Shown: positions 14,540 through 27,599 of the stretch, piece by piece
Numbering within the stretch: the first letter of the stretch is position 1
Layout of the letters: the number at the start of each line of letters is the position of its first letter
Source of the DNA: Trichoplax adhaerens
Taxonomy: Eukaryota > Animalia > Placozoa
DNA: 64,000 nt
Direction: 5' to 3'
Assembly: GCF_000150275.1 (NCBI RefSeq)
Contig: NW_002060943.1
Span: forward strand, 12,042,522-12,106,521
The notes under the pieces: model-generated
Told to the model about the DNA's origin: nothing
Databases searched by the model: none
The model's input: the letters and a program-made list of their open reading frames with translations, nothing else
Translations under genes and position numbers: made by a program

Positions 14540-15192
14540 AGGGTATATTTTTTTCTAATTAAACTAGCCTTGGTAAAGCATCGGCTGTTGTGTTCTTTGC
14601 TCCAGGTCGATGCTTAATACTAAATTTATATTGGTCCACGGCCAGGGCCCATTGCATCAACTGATAGACTTTTACTATAGCATTAGTTCATCTTATTCAT
14701 AATTACTAGAATTAAAGTACATCATGTTACTTCATTATTCCAATGAGACGATCTTTTCACGTACTGCAATACCAGTACTCTGCTTATACCATGTCCTGTG
14801 AAGTCTTTAAAATTTATAGAGTAACTTTCACTTATTATGTATGCATTCATTATGTTGCTGCATTGAAGATGATATATAAATAATGAAAATAATAAATACA
14901 TCCTGATAGTAATAGTTCGTCGTTATTCTCTTCTTTACTTGAGATTCATTATTGCCCCTTCGGACACCTATCAATATGTTGATAATTCATTAGCTTATCA
15001 AGCTAATTGAATTTTTGTATTCTCTTTAACTTTTAAAATACTTACCATATAGGGTTTACTTCCATCATTTACACATCTCGCTGGTAAGTAAATAAGATTT
15101 AAGGGAAGAAATATATCCTAGTTTTACTCGAACTACTACTATTTCAAGGTAACTACATATCATGACTACAGCTATGATGGCTACCACACTAT
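14540..15192 (+). repeat. Local diverged duplication, copy B; LRR-like relic
   Basis: Clear nucleotide homology to 13860-14310 from ~14720. The frame from 14994 reads LIKLIEFLYSL*LLKYLPYRVYFHHL; near 14545 it reads IFSN*TSL. Confidence 0.75.
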
Positions 15193-18100
15193 TAAGGACA
15201 TAGCTTTGCGAGTAAACACTATATAAGATATTATTCAATGGTGAGAGTTAAATATGGAACACATATCACTAGATTGTGAATATTAACTTGTGCAACGTGC
15301 ATTCGTAGAAAATAATCGTAGTAACTGTGGTTACATTAAGATCAATCACAATCGCTTGTGATGATATTTTATGAATTAGCAAACTAATTTAAGTTTCACT
15401 GTATCTGTAGCTTGCAACTGCTGATGGAAAAAATGTGCTACAGTAAGCTTGCCTGTCCTACGTATCTTAAAAATATTTGTAATCTAGAGCTTATAATGAA
15501 CATATGTTTTTTAATGGCCAATTATTGATAAGTTAGAATATCAAACAGCTCATACTCTAATGTTAGATTAAACTAGGGAGAAACATGGTAGAGTACGTAA
15601 TCTTACTAAAAATTTCAGGCAAATCTATCACGAGCAAGGTTAAACCATGAATAGGCTTTGAAAATGTAGCCAGTTTAGTTGAAGAATTTATTTCACTTTT
15701 TTTTCACTAACCAATTACATGATACATGGCATCAAAATTATTCCATTAGTTCGCTAAAAGTATGGCTAATCCTTTAAATTTATTATCTTAGCATTAAAGT
15801 AGCTAAAATGTTAGGAAATCTTTAATAAAATGCCAGTATATTCGTAACTTTATCATCATAAAAAATTCTATCTAATTTAGAATTAATTCTTTCAGTTTCT
15901 CATATCAATAAGGCGAAGATTGAATTTCTGTCAAACTGGTCTGTAATGACAACCTTGAATTACCAATTTCTATATTAGGAGTTATTTATTCATCTAAGTT
16001 ACAGCTACCATTAAATCTGCAGCTATAACATAATTGCAGTTTGCTATTAGCTCGATGCAGTCATTTCAACATAATGTAAAAGTAATCTATAATATACTGG
16101 TTGTGGTAATTTACCTTGACATATTTTGGCGATTGTTGCAGTTTACACTCTAAGTACAGCATGCTACCGTTAAAGTGATATAAAATACTGTGAAGGACAG
16201 ATTAATAATTTAATCAGTTTAATAGATTATTTACTACTTAAGATTAACTACGGTACTTATAGTAAGAATCATCGTGATTATAATCATGATGCAAAAAATC
16301 GCAAGTTAATTTCTTACTGATATTCTTACATGATAGTAAAAACTAGTTGAGTGCAGTCTGAACCATATAAATATACAAGAAATCTAATTGAACGTACAGT
16401 AATACGAAGTATTTATTGTTTAGTGGTAAATAATACGAGGTAACATAAACAGGCTGATAAAACTTTCTACAACATCACATATATTTTTGAAGATTGTCTA
16501 TCTAATTTACCGACATGGTGATGTTACTCACGTATATTATGTATTTTATGTGTTCACGATTTTAAGATCATAAGCGGAAGTCTTATAAATCGCATTTTAT
16601 TCATTGCGATTTTTAAGACCTAACAACTATACGAATTAAAATATACATTAGCTTACTGCAAGAGTACAAAAGATGAATTATATAATGACGTTGTCGACCA
16701 GTAAACATTATAAAAACGATGAAATTCAATTATAAGCCTTAATGTGCCGATTAAATACCATAGAATTTGTAGATGTTATTATAGGTGGAAGGTGTCAAAA
16801 ATTTATAGAATAGGTGTAAGTCTATGAAAGCAAACAGTAGCTACATATGATATTTTTATACTGTGTGCACGTAGATCGTTTCGATGTTGTGATTAAAATA
16901 CTAAGATAGTGTACAGTAACTGATAGCTGCTATGTTATTGAAGAAAGCTGTTCCTTTTAAATTTAATTCTATGCTACAAGATGATCGAAATTATCGGCTG
17001 AAAATACATTATCTATAGGCGTAGCGGTCGAATTTTTTTATTTGAAATATAGTTCGCGTAATAATCAGGCATAGATTACGCAGTGATAGGTATTCCGTAA
17101 AAGATACATGAAGCACCTTATAAATATTTGTAATACACCGCAAAGAAGTCAAAAGACAAAGAAATTATATAGAAATTGTACTGATGTTGAATACTCGGCT
17201 GCTCAGTGTTTGCTGAGTAATTCTAATTTCTTTAACAATTTCGTAGGTAGGTCAAAGAAGTGTTGACGGTTCTTTTTGTTTTTAGTAATTTTAGTATTAA
17301 TTGTTACGCGTACACTACGCTTCTCTTTCCGCACTTTTATTGCTTATTGTGTTGGCTAGAAGAAGGAGACGTCAAAATTCTAATCCAAAAATTATTAATA
17401 AAAAAATCCACACCTTTACTGATCTTGCAAACTGTTCTATTTTCGATATGAATTTGATTAAAGCACAAAGAGCTTTATATTATACATCCAGTACAGTAAT
17501 GACGGCAATCATCCGATGCCTTAAAAAAAAGAAAAGCAGGTAGTCAATTCAGTTACAGACCTATTTGCATTGCACCTTTAATTTTGTCTTCGATATCAAT
17601 GAATTTATCATAACTGCTCTATCAGTAGGCTGAAAATTAAATTGAAATTGTGAACAGCTTAGAATAAAACTAATATTGTGGTTCACAACGGAATAAGTAA
17701 TGAATTGCCTCAGCTATTTGGTAACCATAAGTTTGTAATAAGTTTGTTTTTCATTACTGATCAAGAAGGTGATGTTTTAAACTTTATTTTCTGAAAGATT
17801 TTGTTTTAAGGGTTATGCTATATGAATATGTATTTAATCGTGCATGGTTTCGATCTTAGGCTAATCCTCTGATTCTGAAAGAAAATGCAAAATTAAGGTT
17901 TGCATCTAAAAATTTCTTGTGATCGAAGTTAACGATTATTTTATCGAAAAAGAATTTACGACTCACTTTAAATATATAGTACTACTTGATTCGCAGTAAT
18001 ATGTTCATCTAATATCCTGATATTTTCACAGATTAAGAAATATTGTAATCCATTTTTCTTTCAAACAAAATCGGATAAATTATTATGTTTGTTGTTATAT

Positions 18101-19381
18101 GAATATTTTATAATTAAAAAATTAATAATAGTTATCTAAGTTAAATTGTTTTAGACTTTATTCACTATATTAATCGTTCTATGGCGAAATTTCAAATTGT
18201 GTTAAATGAAATTCATAGCTAAGTTCTTTTTATGACAAGGTGAAAAGCATCCTCATATATTAATAATATGTAGGCATAGCATAAGCGATAAAATTTGTAG
18301 AGATTTCATTACTTGATCTATATGGTTGTTATTTTTATAAAATTTCAAATTCAACAAGATTAATATTTAGCATTTAGCTACTATGAAATGAATTTCTAGC
18401 TGTTGCTATTAGTGATGCTTCAATGAAAATAAATCAAAATCAAAATAGGACAATATCAATCAGAAGAAGGAAGCAGTTGGTATTTAAATAGCCTTGTGGA
18501 ATCATTTTGTCTTTCCTTTAATTTATGCTAACAATTTGTCAAATTTTTTACAATGGCATTCTACGATTCATTGTTATAATTTCTTATTCATTCATTCTAT
18601 AAGGTACTGATTTTAACTGAGCTAAATTTTTTACTCCATTACCTTCCCATTGTACTTCGATAGAATAATTGATTCCACTAATGCATTTAATCTAGAGTGC
18701 AAACCATCTGAATTTTAATTTACTCCTGTTATCATATCGAGGGTTAAATTAAAAACATGTAACAAGCTTAATGGAAAACTTCAGCATAGGTTAAATGGTT
18801 ATTATATGGCTTCCATCTTTGGATAAATAACGTACAGTATCTCGATTATAAAGAATATCGAAACTGTGTAAGATTGGTCGTTTTCGACTTTAAAATCTTT
18901 TTGAAGGAAAAACGATTATAGCTAGCTTATTATTGCTTCGGCAGTTGGTAATAATCCCATCGCCTTTTAAAATTAATCTTCAAATTTAAATTGTACAAGG
19001 CTAATAGGGCTTGAAATTTATCTTTATATCAAAATTGGACTAAGCTACAGAAACCTGAAATTTGCCTTTACATGTATCTTGTTTCGGCTATAGAAAATGT
19101 TGCTGCAATTAATTTCTTATGCAAATAATATACTGATTTGAATAGTTAATATCGACTGATTAAAAGCTTGTTGGTTACGGAATTATTTTTAAACTTGATT
19201 CAAGTGCTGAAATTTCGTTACTGTTATGCTGCTAATGGATACGACCTTATGAACTTATCAATGTTATACGCAGCTATTCGTATCAAATTTTGATAATATC
19301 TTAATAATTACTTAAAACATCACAGTCAAGGAATAAGTTTGTATCAATTCTTTGTTTCAGAAACTGTTAAAATTACATTAG

Positions 19382-20434
19382 ATGTTAAATTTATCTAGAC
19401 GAGATCGAAAATATGATATGAATAACTCTGCAAATAATGATACACCCGTAATAACTATATTTGCAATTTATCAATTTGCATCTGCTATTGCTATTCCAAT
19501 ATTTATCATTGGATTATTGCTTAATCTGTTTATGTTGTATATTTTCCTGGTCGATCGGCATTTTAAGACGACCACCTATACATTGATAGGTATATCAGTC
19601 GTATCAGATACTATATCAGTGTGCTCTATGTTAGTTGGTGTTTGCTTTATTAGTGATAGTAAGCTAGATTTTATTCGAGGACAATTGTTTTGTCGCTTAA
19701 CATTAATAATCATTTTCGCATCGTTCTTCGTATCAATGATGAATCTGTGCCTAATAGGAATAGATCGCTATTATTCAATTGTTAAACCCTTCTCAACGAA
19801 ATATAAGCTCCGTAAACCTTACATCATAGGAATAGCGGAATTTTTTTTTTGGCTACTAGCTATAGTAATTCATTTACCGTTGTACAAGTACGTATCAGTT
19901 TATCCACAAGATCCCTTATTATGCGATTTTCTAGTTATAACACCCTCAATATCGTCTTATTTAATAACGCACGCTGTAATTTCATTTGTAATACCTTCGA
20001 TTATTTTAGGTGTTGTATACGGTAAAATTGTTATATATCAAAAGTCTTACCGAAGACCAGGAAACGCTATCGATGGCCGACAGATAGAGAAGCAGTCGAG
20101 AATGAAACGAATAATAAAAGTATTAATTAGTATTTCGGTCTGCTATATCGCTTTGAGTTGGCCATTTTTTGCTTCCACCGTAGGAATGGCTATAACTAGT
20201 AAATCACTAATGGATTTACGTCAAGAAAGCTCTGCCCTTTTATTATTGGCTTATTTCTCTGTAATTATAACTTTATCAATTACAATTTTAAATCCGCTCA
20301 TTTACTTAAAATTCGATAACAATATACGGAAAAGATCACTGTTCTTACTTAATAAAATGAAACCAAGGCGATGTAGAGGACGCAGTCGCATTAACCCAAC
20401 CGAGTCATTTAGAAATGCATATAGAGTCAATTAA
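19382..20434 (+). CDS. Intronless rhodopsin-like (class A) GPCR, orphan; likely start ATG 19418 (MNNSANN, as in the 10714 paralog)
   Basis: GLLLN, VSDTIS, NLCLIGIDRY, W..HLP, FVIP..VYGKI, ALSWPFF, LNPLIYLKFD. Colinear with the 10714-11715 protein. Confidence 0.93.
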   Translation: MLNLSRRDRKYDMNNSANNDTPVITIFAIYQFASAIAIPIFIIGLLLNLFMLYIFLVDRHFKTTTYTLIGISVVSDTISVCSMLVGVCFISDSKLDFIRGQLFCRLTLIIIFASFFVSMMNLCLIGIDRYYSIVKPFSTKYKLRKPYIIGIAEFFFWLLAIVIHLPLYKYVSVYPQDPLLCDFLVITPSISSYLITHAVISFVIPSIILGVVYGKIVIYQKSYRRPGNAIDGRQIEKQSRMKRIIKVLISISVCYIALSWPFFASTVGMAITSKSLMDLRQESSALLLLAYFSVIITLSITILNPLIYLKFDNNIRKRSLFLLNKMKPRRCRGRSRINPTESFRNAYRVN

Positions 20435-21039
20435 ATTACAATTTTATTAATTTCTATTAGTTTAATTTGATAATTTTATTGGTCCTCATATAATATTAGT
20501 GAGTTTGTTTCAGCGTTAATTATTCGACAGTGAATGCTGACTTGAATTTCTTTATAAGGTTTTTTCTTTAACTGTATTATCGGGAATATTGTATTTCTTT
20601 GAACGTTCGCCTAAATGTTTACATCCATTAAATGGTTATTGGGAAATGCTTTGGTTTATCTAACATAGAGTCTGCAAGAGTCTGTAATTTTTGGCGCTGA
20701 AAATGATTGACTATGGCATTACTATTTAAACAAAAGGCTAAGAAATTTACTTTTATCTACTTTTACTTAAACTTGTAACATAGCTACTAAGATTATTAAC
20801 ACAAGCTATTATTCTGTGAGCTTTAAGAAGTTACTATGAAGCAAAAATTACTTTGATCTCTTGTTCACGAAGTAGAAACATTAAATGGTTCAAAATACAT
20901 GCTCCTACAATTAAATGTAATGATTTATTCCATGCGATATTTTTCAAATATTAGAATAGATGAAACTCAGCGGTAATTATTTACCGAATGGGAAGTAATA
21001 GCCTATGTTACCGCAACTATTTTATTTTTCAGTTGATCG

Positions 21040-21400
21040 TTTAGAAAATCAAGCGAAATGGTTTAGACATTTAATATGGCAACTGATTAAGTTTACTATC
21101 ATCCAAAAGACAGTAATGCAAAGAAAATTTCAACCTTGAAATGGTTGGACTTACTGTTGTGTTCGTAATGTAGGTCTAGCAAGCTAGAAATTTAATATCG
21201 CTATTTACGTATTATTTTGATCAACATCATGCCGCTCTTGAAATGATAACGTACATGAAAGAATTCTCTATTTCAAAATATGATATAACGGTAATGGAAA
21301 GGTCACACAAATTAATATTACATCGTGCCCCTAATCCAAAATGTTATGCCAATCACTGGGTTGTGTACTGTTTGAATGATCAATATCAAATGCAGGGATA
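21040..21400 (+). pseudogene. Possible decayed leucine-rich-repeat gene fragment
   Basis: Broken frames read LDI*YGN*LSLL (~21063), ISTLKWLDL (21127) and ITYMKEFSISKYDITVMERS (~21247). Boundaries approximate. Confidence 0.4.
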
Positions 21401-24400
21401 AAACAATTCGAAGATCAATCTGGTACTTATTTTTATTTTCTGCAATTTCCTTTAAATATTTAATACTATTTTAAAATTGCTGCCTACGCAGCCTTTTAAT
21501 CACATCAAAACTTATGGAGTGATTTCGCTATTTTGGATCAGCGTTGCTCAGTAATTAATCTCATGACTTAATTTATTGCCTATGGTTACTCTCTATCGCA
21601 ATTCGTAAAGGAAATTAATATCCAGAAAAAAGTGAATTTATATCATACATCATCGACGTCAATGTAGTATAGAAACTTAATTTCGTGTGCTGTTTCTTCA
21701 TAAATTAAATAATCATCATATCCACTCCGACGTTAAAGGATTCTAATTTGTATTTCGTTTGAGGGTTTTATTTATCTATGAATACTTTGCTTATTAAACT
21801 GATTAGCGAGTAATTTTGAATTTGCAATGTGTATTGTTTATAAAGTAGAATACTAAGAGCTTTCAGTAATTATGATACTTGAATTACGATAATATTAATC
21901 TTAGAGGGCTTTGATGCCATTGATATCCTATTACGATATACATGATATTTTCGTAATTTTAAGAATATAAGTGATATGGCATCTAAACTATAGCGTAATG
22001 ACATAAAACAATAATACTATAAAAATTATTTGTACTAATTTCACACATTAAATTTATTCTATTAGGTATGTTTATCTTAAAGTCAACATTAGAGCAAAGT
22101 TATGAGATAGAGTGATATACTGGTTTCAATACAGCACATGCTTGGAGTTAGATTAAGCTATATAATACTATAGATGAAAACAGAAACAATACTAATAAAT
22201 TCGTATGTCACGAACTACTCTCCTGACAAGGGATAAAGTATAGTATTTTGTTCCTCTAAGTTGCTACTGTCAACTACTATTTTAGTTTCGGCCTAGAACT
22301 TCCCTTCTAGACTGTAGTTTCGCAAATAAACTTCACAACGTGGAGCTACTTTTACTTTATTTCAACTAATTCGAGCAATACGATGCACTCGTAAAAGACT
22401 ACAGAAATCATCTACTAACGAGCAATATTCGTAGTCACAAGTCAAATCATAAAAGCTTAGTTGACCTAATTTACATAGATAAAACTATAGAGAAAAACAC
22501 CTTTCTTTGTTCAAGAATAGATAAGAGAAAGAGATAAGGAGTCTCGAATTCCGTTAACAGACTCCCCACACAGTTCATTAAGATTAAACATACTAAGTGG
22601 TCTAACCGGCACGGAAAATAAGTAAATGACTCATTAGTGTAACATAATAGGAATGCCAGTTATTCGGCTTACAGTGCAAGGCTAAGAAAAGAACACACGA
22701 AACAATATACATTTATACTACTATAGGACTCCAATTGAGTCATAAACGAAAGAATAAATGATATCGAATTAATAATAAGTATGGAAATATACCAAAACAC
22801 AAATACTTAATTTATACCGTATCATTCACGGTGTAGTTGCACCGTGACATCATAGTATACGGCACTGTGTACTTGTGCACAAGTTCCTGACGTACCGATA
22901 TTTTAGTGGGATGAAATTGCAATTCGGCTTTATAACGTATGCTGATCTTGCTATTACCTGTACATCTTTTTAATTAAGTTAAGATTAATTTTATCTTGCA
23001 AATAGATGCATGTTAGCGAATGTAAGACAAATTTAATCGGTAAAGAAATGTAGCAGTCTTTTCCAACATAATCCTATCGCTGTCGAGCATTATTATTCCT
23101 TTAATCAATATAAACAAATTTAGTTCTTCAAATAAGCAGAATTTTTTATAATCAACTCTATTTTAAAGTTTATTTTAGCAGTAATAAATCAATATTTAAG
23201 CTTAAAGTGGCCTATTTATGCCTATGCATATTTGATACCATTAATTGCAGTGATCTCTAAAATGTTGTTTTTTTCGTATTTCGCTAAAAGCTGTCTTTAA
23301 TCATTCATACAAGCATTAGGATAATTCTAACGGTACTAGAATATGAGAAAATTTAATGTCTGATTAAATATTTGCTACCGGTTTTCTTGTTGGATAACGT
23401 CAATTACCTCTGAAAGCTTTAAGACTGCAGCAAATTCTGTCCAATCTTCGCCGATAGAATTTGCGATCCAATAGAAAGAAATTATGAGATCTAAGATACG
23501 AATAGATTGATTTGGAGTAACAAGCGAATTGGAGGTAATCGTTATCAATTTAGAAAGCTATTTACTGTATTGTTCTAAATGCTTCTTTTCGATCAGACTA
23601 TGAAATAAGCCAGCATATAATTGCATTTATAGTACCATGGAGTGACTAATTATACAACCGTACCGTAGATACAATATTTGTATGAGAGCTGATTTCGGTA
23701 TAAGTTAATTAGGTAATATTGTAATTGTCTTAAGGAGGTAAAATTTAGTACTTTTAGATATTTATATAATAAAACCATTTACTATGAGAAACAGAACATA
23801 ATAAATTGGACTATTGTACATTACAGCTGAGCTTCATTGAATCATTTTGATACTGATAGCAATAAAATCGGTAGCTGGCTCTATTATTTCATAATATTAT
23901 AAGGCAGACTATATGATTTTTATTGGTTTTAATATTAGCAGTACTGTACTCCGCATTTGATTAGCTGTGGTTTGGTAGCAAAGTTAAGATTGCGTTAAGA
24001 CTATGATTATGCTATAAAAATAGATATTTTATGTAGAATTTAACAACTATATTTAACGGACACAATTAGACGGTTGGAAGTTTATCGTTTACTTGATTGC
24101 TATCATGTATTGTGTGATTTTTGCTGTTGATCTAACAATGGAAAGTGAGCAGTTGCTGTTATTAAATTGACCAAAGGGGAGGATTGTCAGCTAATGTGCA
24201 TGTGCAAATGAATTACAATTGAATTAAATTATACTGTCCAATACTGTGAATGTGAAATGCTGTCTGTGAAAGATTGCAGGTTATTGGTATAGAAGTGGGT
24301 ATTTCTATTGGTTTTCCTATAAATTTAAAAAGAAAATATAGAATTCATTTCTAGCTAATAGATATCAGTCAAGTATTAATAGATAGTAATTGCGCATGAC

Positions 24401-25599
24401 TTTGTTAATGGGATCTTAGTATTGCCGGAATGCAGATATAACTTACCACAACTGAATGTATCGAATGATATACTTTCTGCCTTTGAAAGAAGTACAAATA
24501 ATCGTAGCTCAATTCAGTAATAATAATATAGATCAAAGATAAAAAATATTAATTTAGCGGTATTTATTTTTATCCCTCTCTTACATTACGTATAAATTTT
24601 AAGGATACTAAAATGATATTGACTGTAAATCATATTCAAAATTTATGTACAATGAATACATCAATAAGTAAAAATACACTATTACTTATACGCGATAGCA
24701 CATATCAGGTAAGGAATCTTGGAAACTTTATTTATTACACGATCGTATTCGGAATCCACGTAATTTGGTGTTTAGAAAGATAAGCGTAACCGCAGTTACT
24801 ATATAAGTTATGGGCATTTCGGCTATTACCGAACTTCAAAATCTTATCCTTATCTATAATTATTTGTGAACAATGATAATGTATTGCTACGCACAAAACT
24901 AATAATAAGGCACCATCTCGATGTCTATTCATAATCTTGCGATATTACAGCAAGAGATTTGTACGGAATAAAGAATAAACATCAATACTATTATATAAGT
25001 TTTGAAAGTCTTTAATCTATGTGTATGTTTCAGCCACGCGTTAACCTTGATTTTCCGGTTCGGTTTTGCATTTTTGCTTTATTCTCTACTCTGGGTCTTA
25101 ATGGACAGGAAATAATTATTAGCACCGTCATTAGAACATCTTGCAGTAATTACAGGTGCGAGTATAACTCCTATTCGATGATTAAAATCTAAATCTGGAA
25201 CCTGGAGTGCACGAGCCTTTAAGTTCATTTTGTAATTCTGTTGCAGGCAAATTCAGTATTTTTTTTCTGGAATATTCATGTGCGAATTTTCGAATTATAA
25301 ACTATTTAATGATAGAGTCTATGTCAATGTTATTGCTTAACTCTTAATGTTAGTGTAAAAAGTAATCCTTCAAAATAGAAGTATAGCTGATACCGTACTG
25401 AATAATGTTAGTATGTAGAAGGTATATGTGCTCTCGCAATTAATTACAATTTCGATGCTAAAAAGATATTACACTGTCAGCTAAACTAAGTGAGAAAAAA
25501 TCAATAAAATATCAAAGGTTATCTGATCTTCCTGCTTGAAATACAAGATATTATACGATGTATCAATGAGAATAAAGAGGATGAGCAGTTTTAGCTTAA

Positions 25600-26657
25600 A
25601 GTAACAAATGATTTCAAGACATACTTTCCTTCTTTTGTGCAAACAAGTCCTACTCGATGATAAGTATTTGGGCTTCGATGTAATTCTCGCTATTGACTGA
25701 TAAATTAATTTTAAGCGCATTCTAATGCATGGATTCTGCTTCACTATACTTGCCTTATTTCATATACATTGTTCCATAATTATTATATAGAGTAGCAATT
25801 TCAGGATGATTACTACTGAGAATTAGTAATTGAATTTTGAGCGATTTATCATTCATTGCAAGGACATGGCCATATTTGCCCTGCTTTTTGTAGATGACTC
25901 CAGTGCTGTTGTATGATTTTACAATGTCGAGACGTTTATTTCCAAAGACTAAAACTCGAATGTTTCAAAACATATTGCTAAATGAATGAGAGTCATCATA
26001 ATTACCTTGATCATAATATACATTTCCGATGTCGTTATATAATTGTGCAATTAAGGGATGCATTTTGAATAAGGCAGGTAGTTTAATTTTAACTTCTTGA
26101 TTATACTTTTGTTGTCTGTAATAGATAAGTCCTAATTTATAGTATGAACTTGCAGCATTGAGACTTTTCTCCCCATTGACAAATAATTTAATTCTCAGCG
26201 TCTTCTTGTGCATGTAAATAGCCTCACCATACTTACCTTGATTCATGTAGACTGTTCTAATGTTGTGATATAGCCCAGTTTCTTCAGGATGGTTAATACT
26301 GTAAATTGATTATTTAATTTGAGCGATTTGTTATATATTGCAAGAGCATCATTATTTACCTTACTGTTTGTAGATCACTCGGAGGTTGTTACATGGGGTT
26401 GCAGTATTGGGATGTTATTCTTCAAAAACCGATATTCGAATATCTCGAGACTTTATAAGTAAGGAAAGAGCATGTTTATAATTGCCTTGATCGAAATATA
26501 TAATTTTTATGTCGTTTAATGTTAGTGTAATAGTAGAATGCATTTCTCCTAAAATTGGTAATTCAATTTCGAGTAACTCTTGGTACATAGAAAGGGCTTG
26601 ATTATGCTTGCCTTGTTCCTAGTAGGTAAGTCCGATATTGTAATATGATTGCGCCAT
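25600..26657 (-). pseudogene. TPR-repeat (42-aa, kinesin-light-chain-like) pseudogene
   Basis: From 26657 it reads MAQSYYNIGLTY*EQGKHNQALSMY...FDQGNYKHALS...E*HPNTAT..NNL.VIYKQ*GK, with several in-frame stops and frameshifts. Includes ORF 25965-26246 (HPLIAQLYNDIGNVYYDQGNY). Lacks the N-terminal region shared by the intact paralogs. Confidence 0.88.
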
Positions 26658-27599
26658 GCTTATTAAACAGTAGCGATTAGATGTACTATCACAATTTCAT
26701 AACTTTATTCAGGGTAAGGTTCATATCCTTGATTGCTTGTAAGATATCTTCACCTTACATTAGCCCTATTACTTGAATTTATTCCCTTTTATATGGATTT
26801 TACGCTATCTTTGCGATTGCATATCGATTTCGAAGCTAATATATAAAGTCAACTAATCAAATCTATTTATGTCATATCTTTATCAACAAGTCTGACATAA
26901 TACGAGGCTCTTAATGACGCAATTAGTTTTGATAAATATAACTAATCATCATAACATTTATTAATTGCATTATTAAAGAGACTCTAAGAGATTAGGAATT
27001 GCTTTGCCCCCAAAATGAAGCGACAGTCAGCCGGAAACAAGATATTATTTCTTTTCTTACATCTAATTGGCAATATATACTCTATTTGTTGCCTTAATGA
27101 CATTGATTATTTATTTTTGGATGTATGTTTATTTATTTTGCCCGGCTATAAAGGAATTTCTCAACGCACACAAAGTCAGAATGGTAAATAATAACTGTAA
27201 GTTAATGGAATGTGGTAGGCATCTGCTTAAATTTTATGTATTAGCTCGTTCTTATTCTTACTATCGCGTGCCGGTTGGTTTAAAATTTGAATCGATTGCA
27301 GCCATCTACTTCTGCTAGTGGATGATAAATTATTCAATCGCATACGATCAGTTTCTAGAGAAAGACTAGAGTAAATACAGGATTAGTTAAGTAAATTTGC
27401 ATAAACTGAAGGTCTTTAAAATATCGATAGCTGTCGTATCTATAAAATTAAAAACAGACTAACCGATTATGGTAGCACGCTCTATTGGTAGAATTTTTCA
27501 ATTAACCATTTATTGCTCCGTAGTTTTCTTTTGCTCCAGTCTGGCTATACTGATGATAGGCCTTGAAATAGAAGTAAATTAATTTGGTCACTTCTTTTA

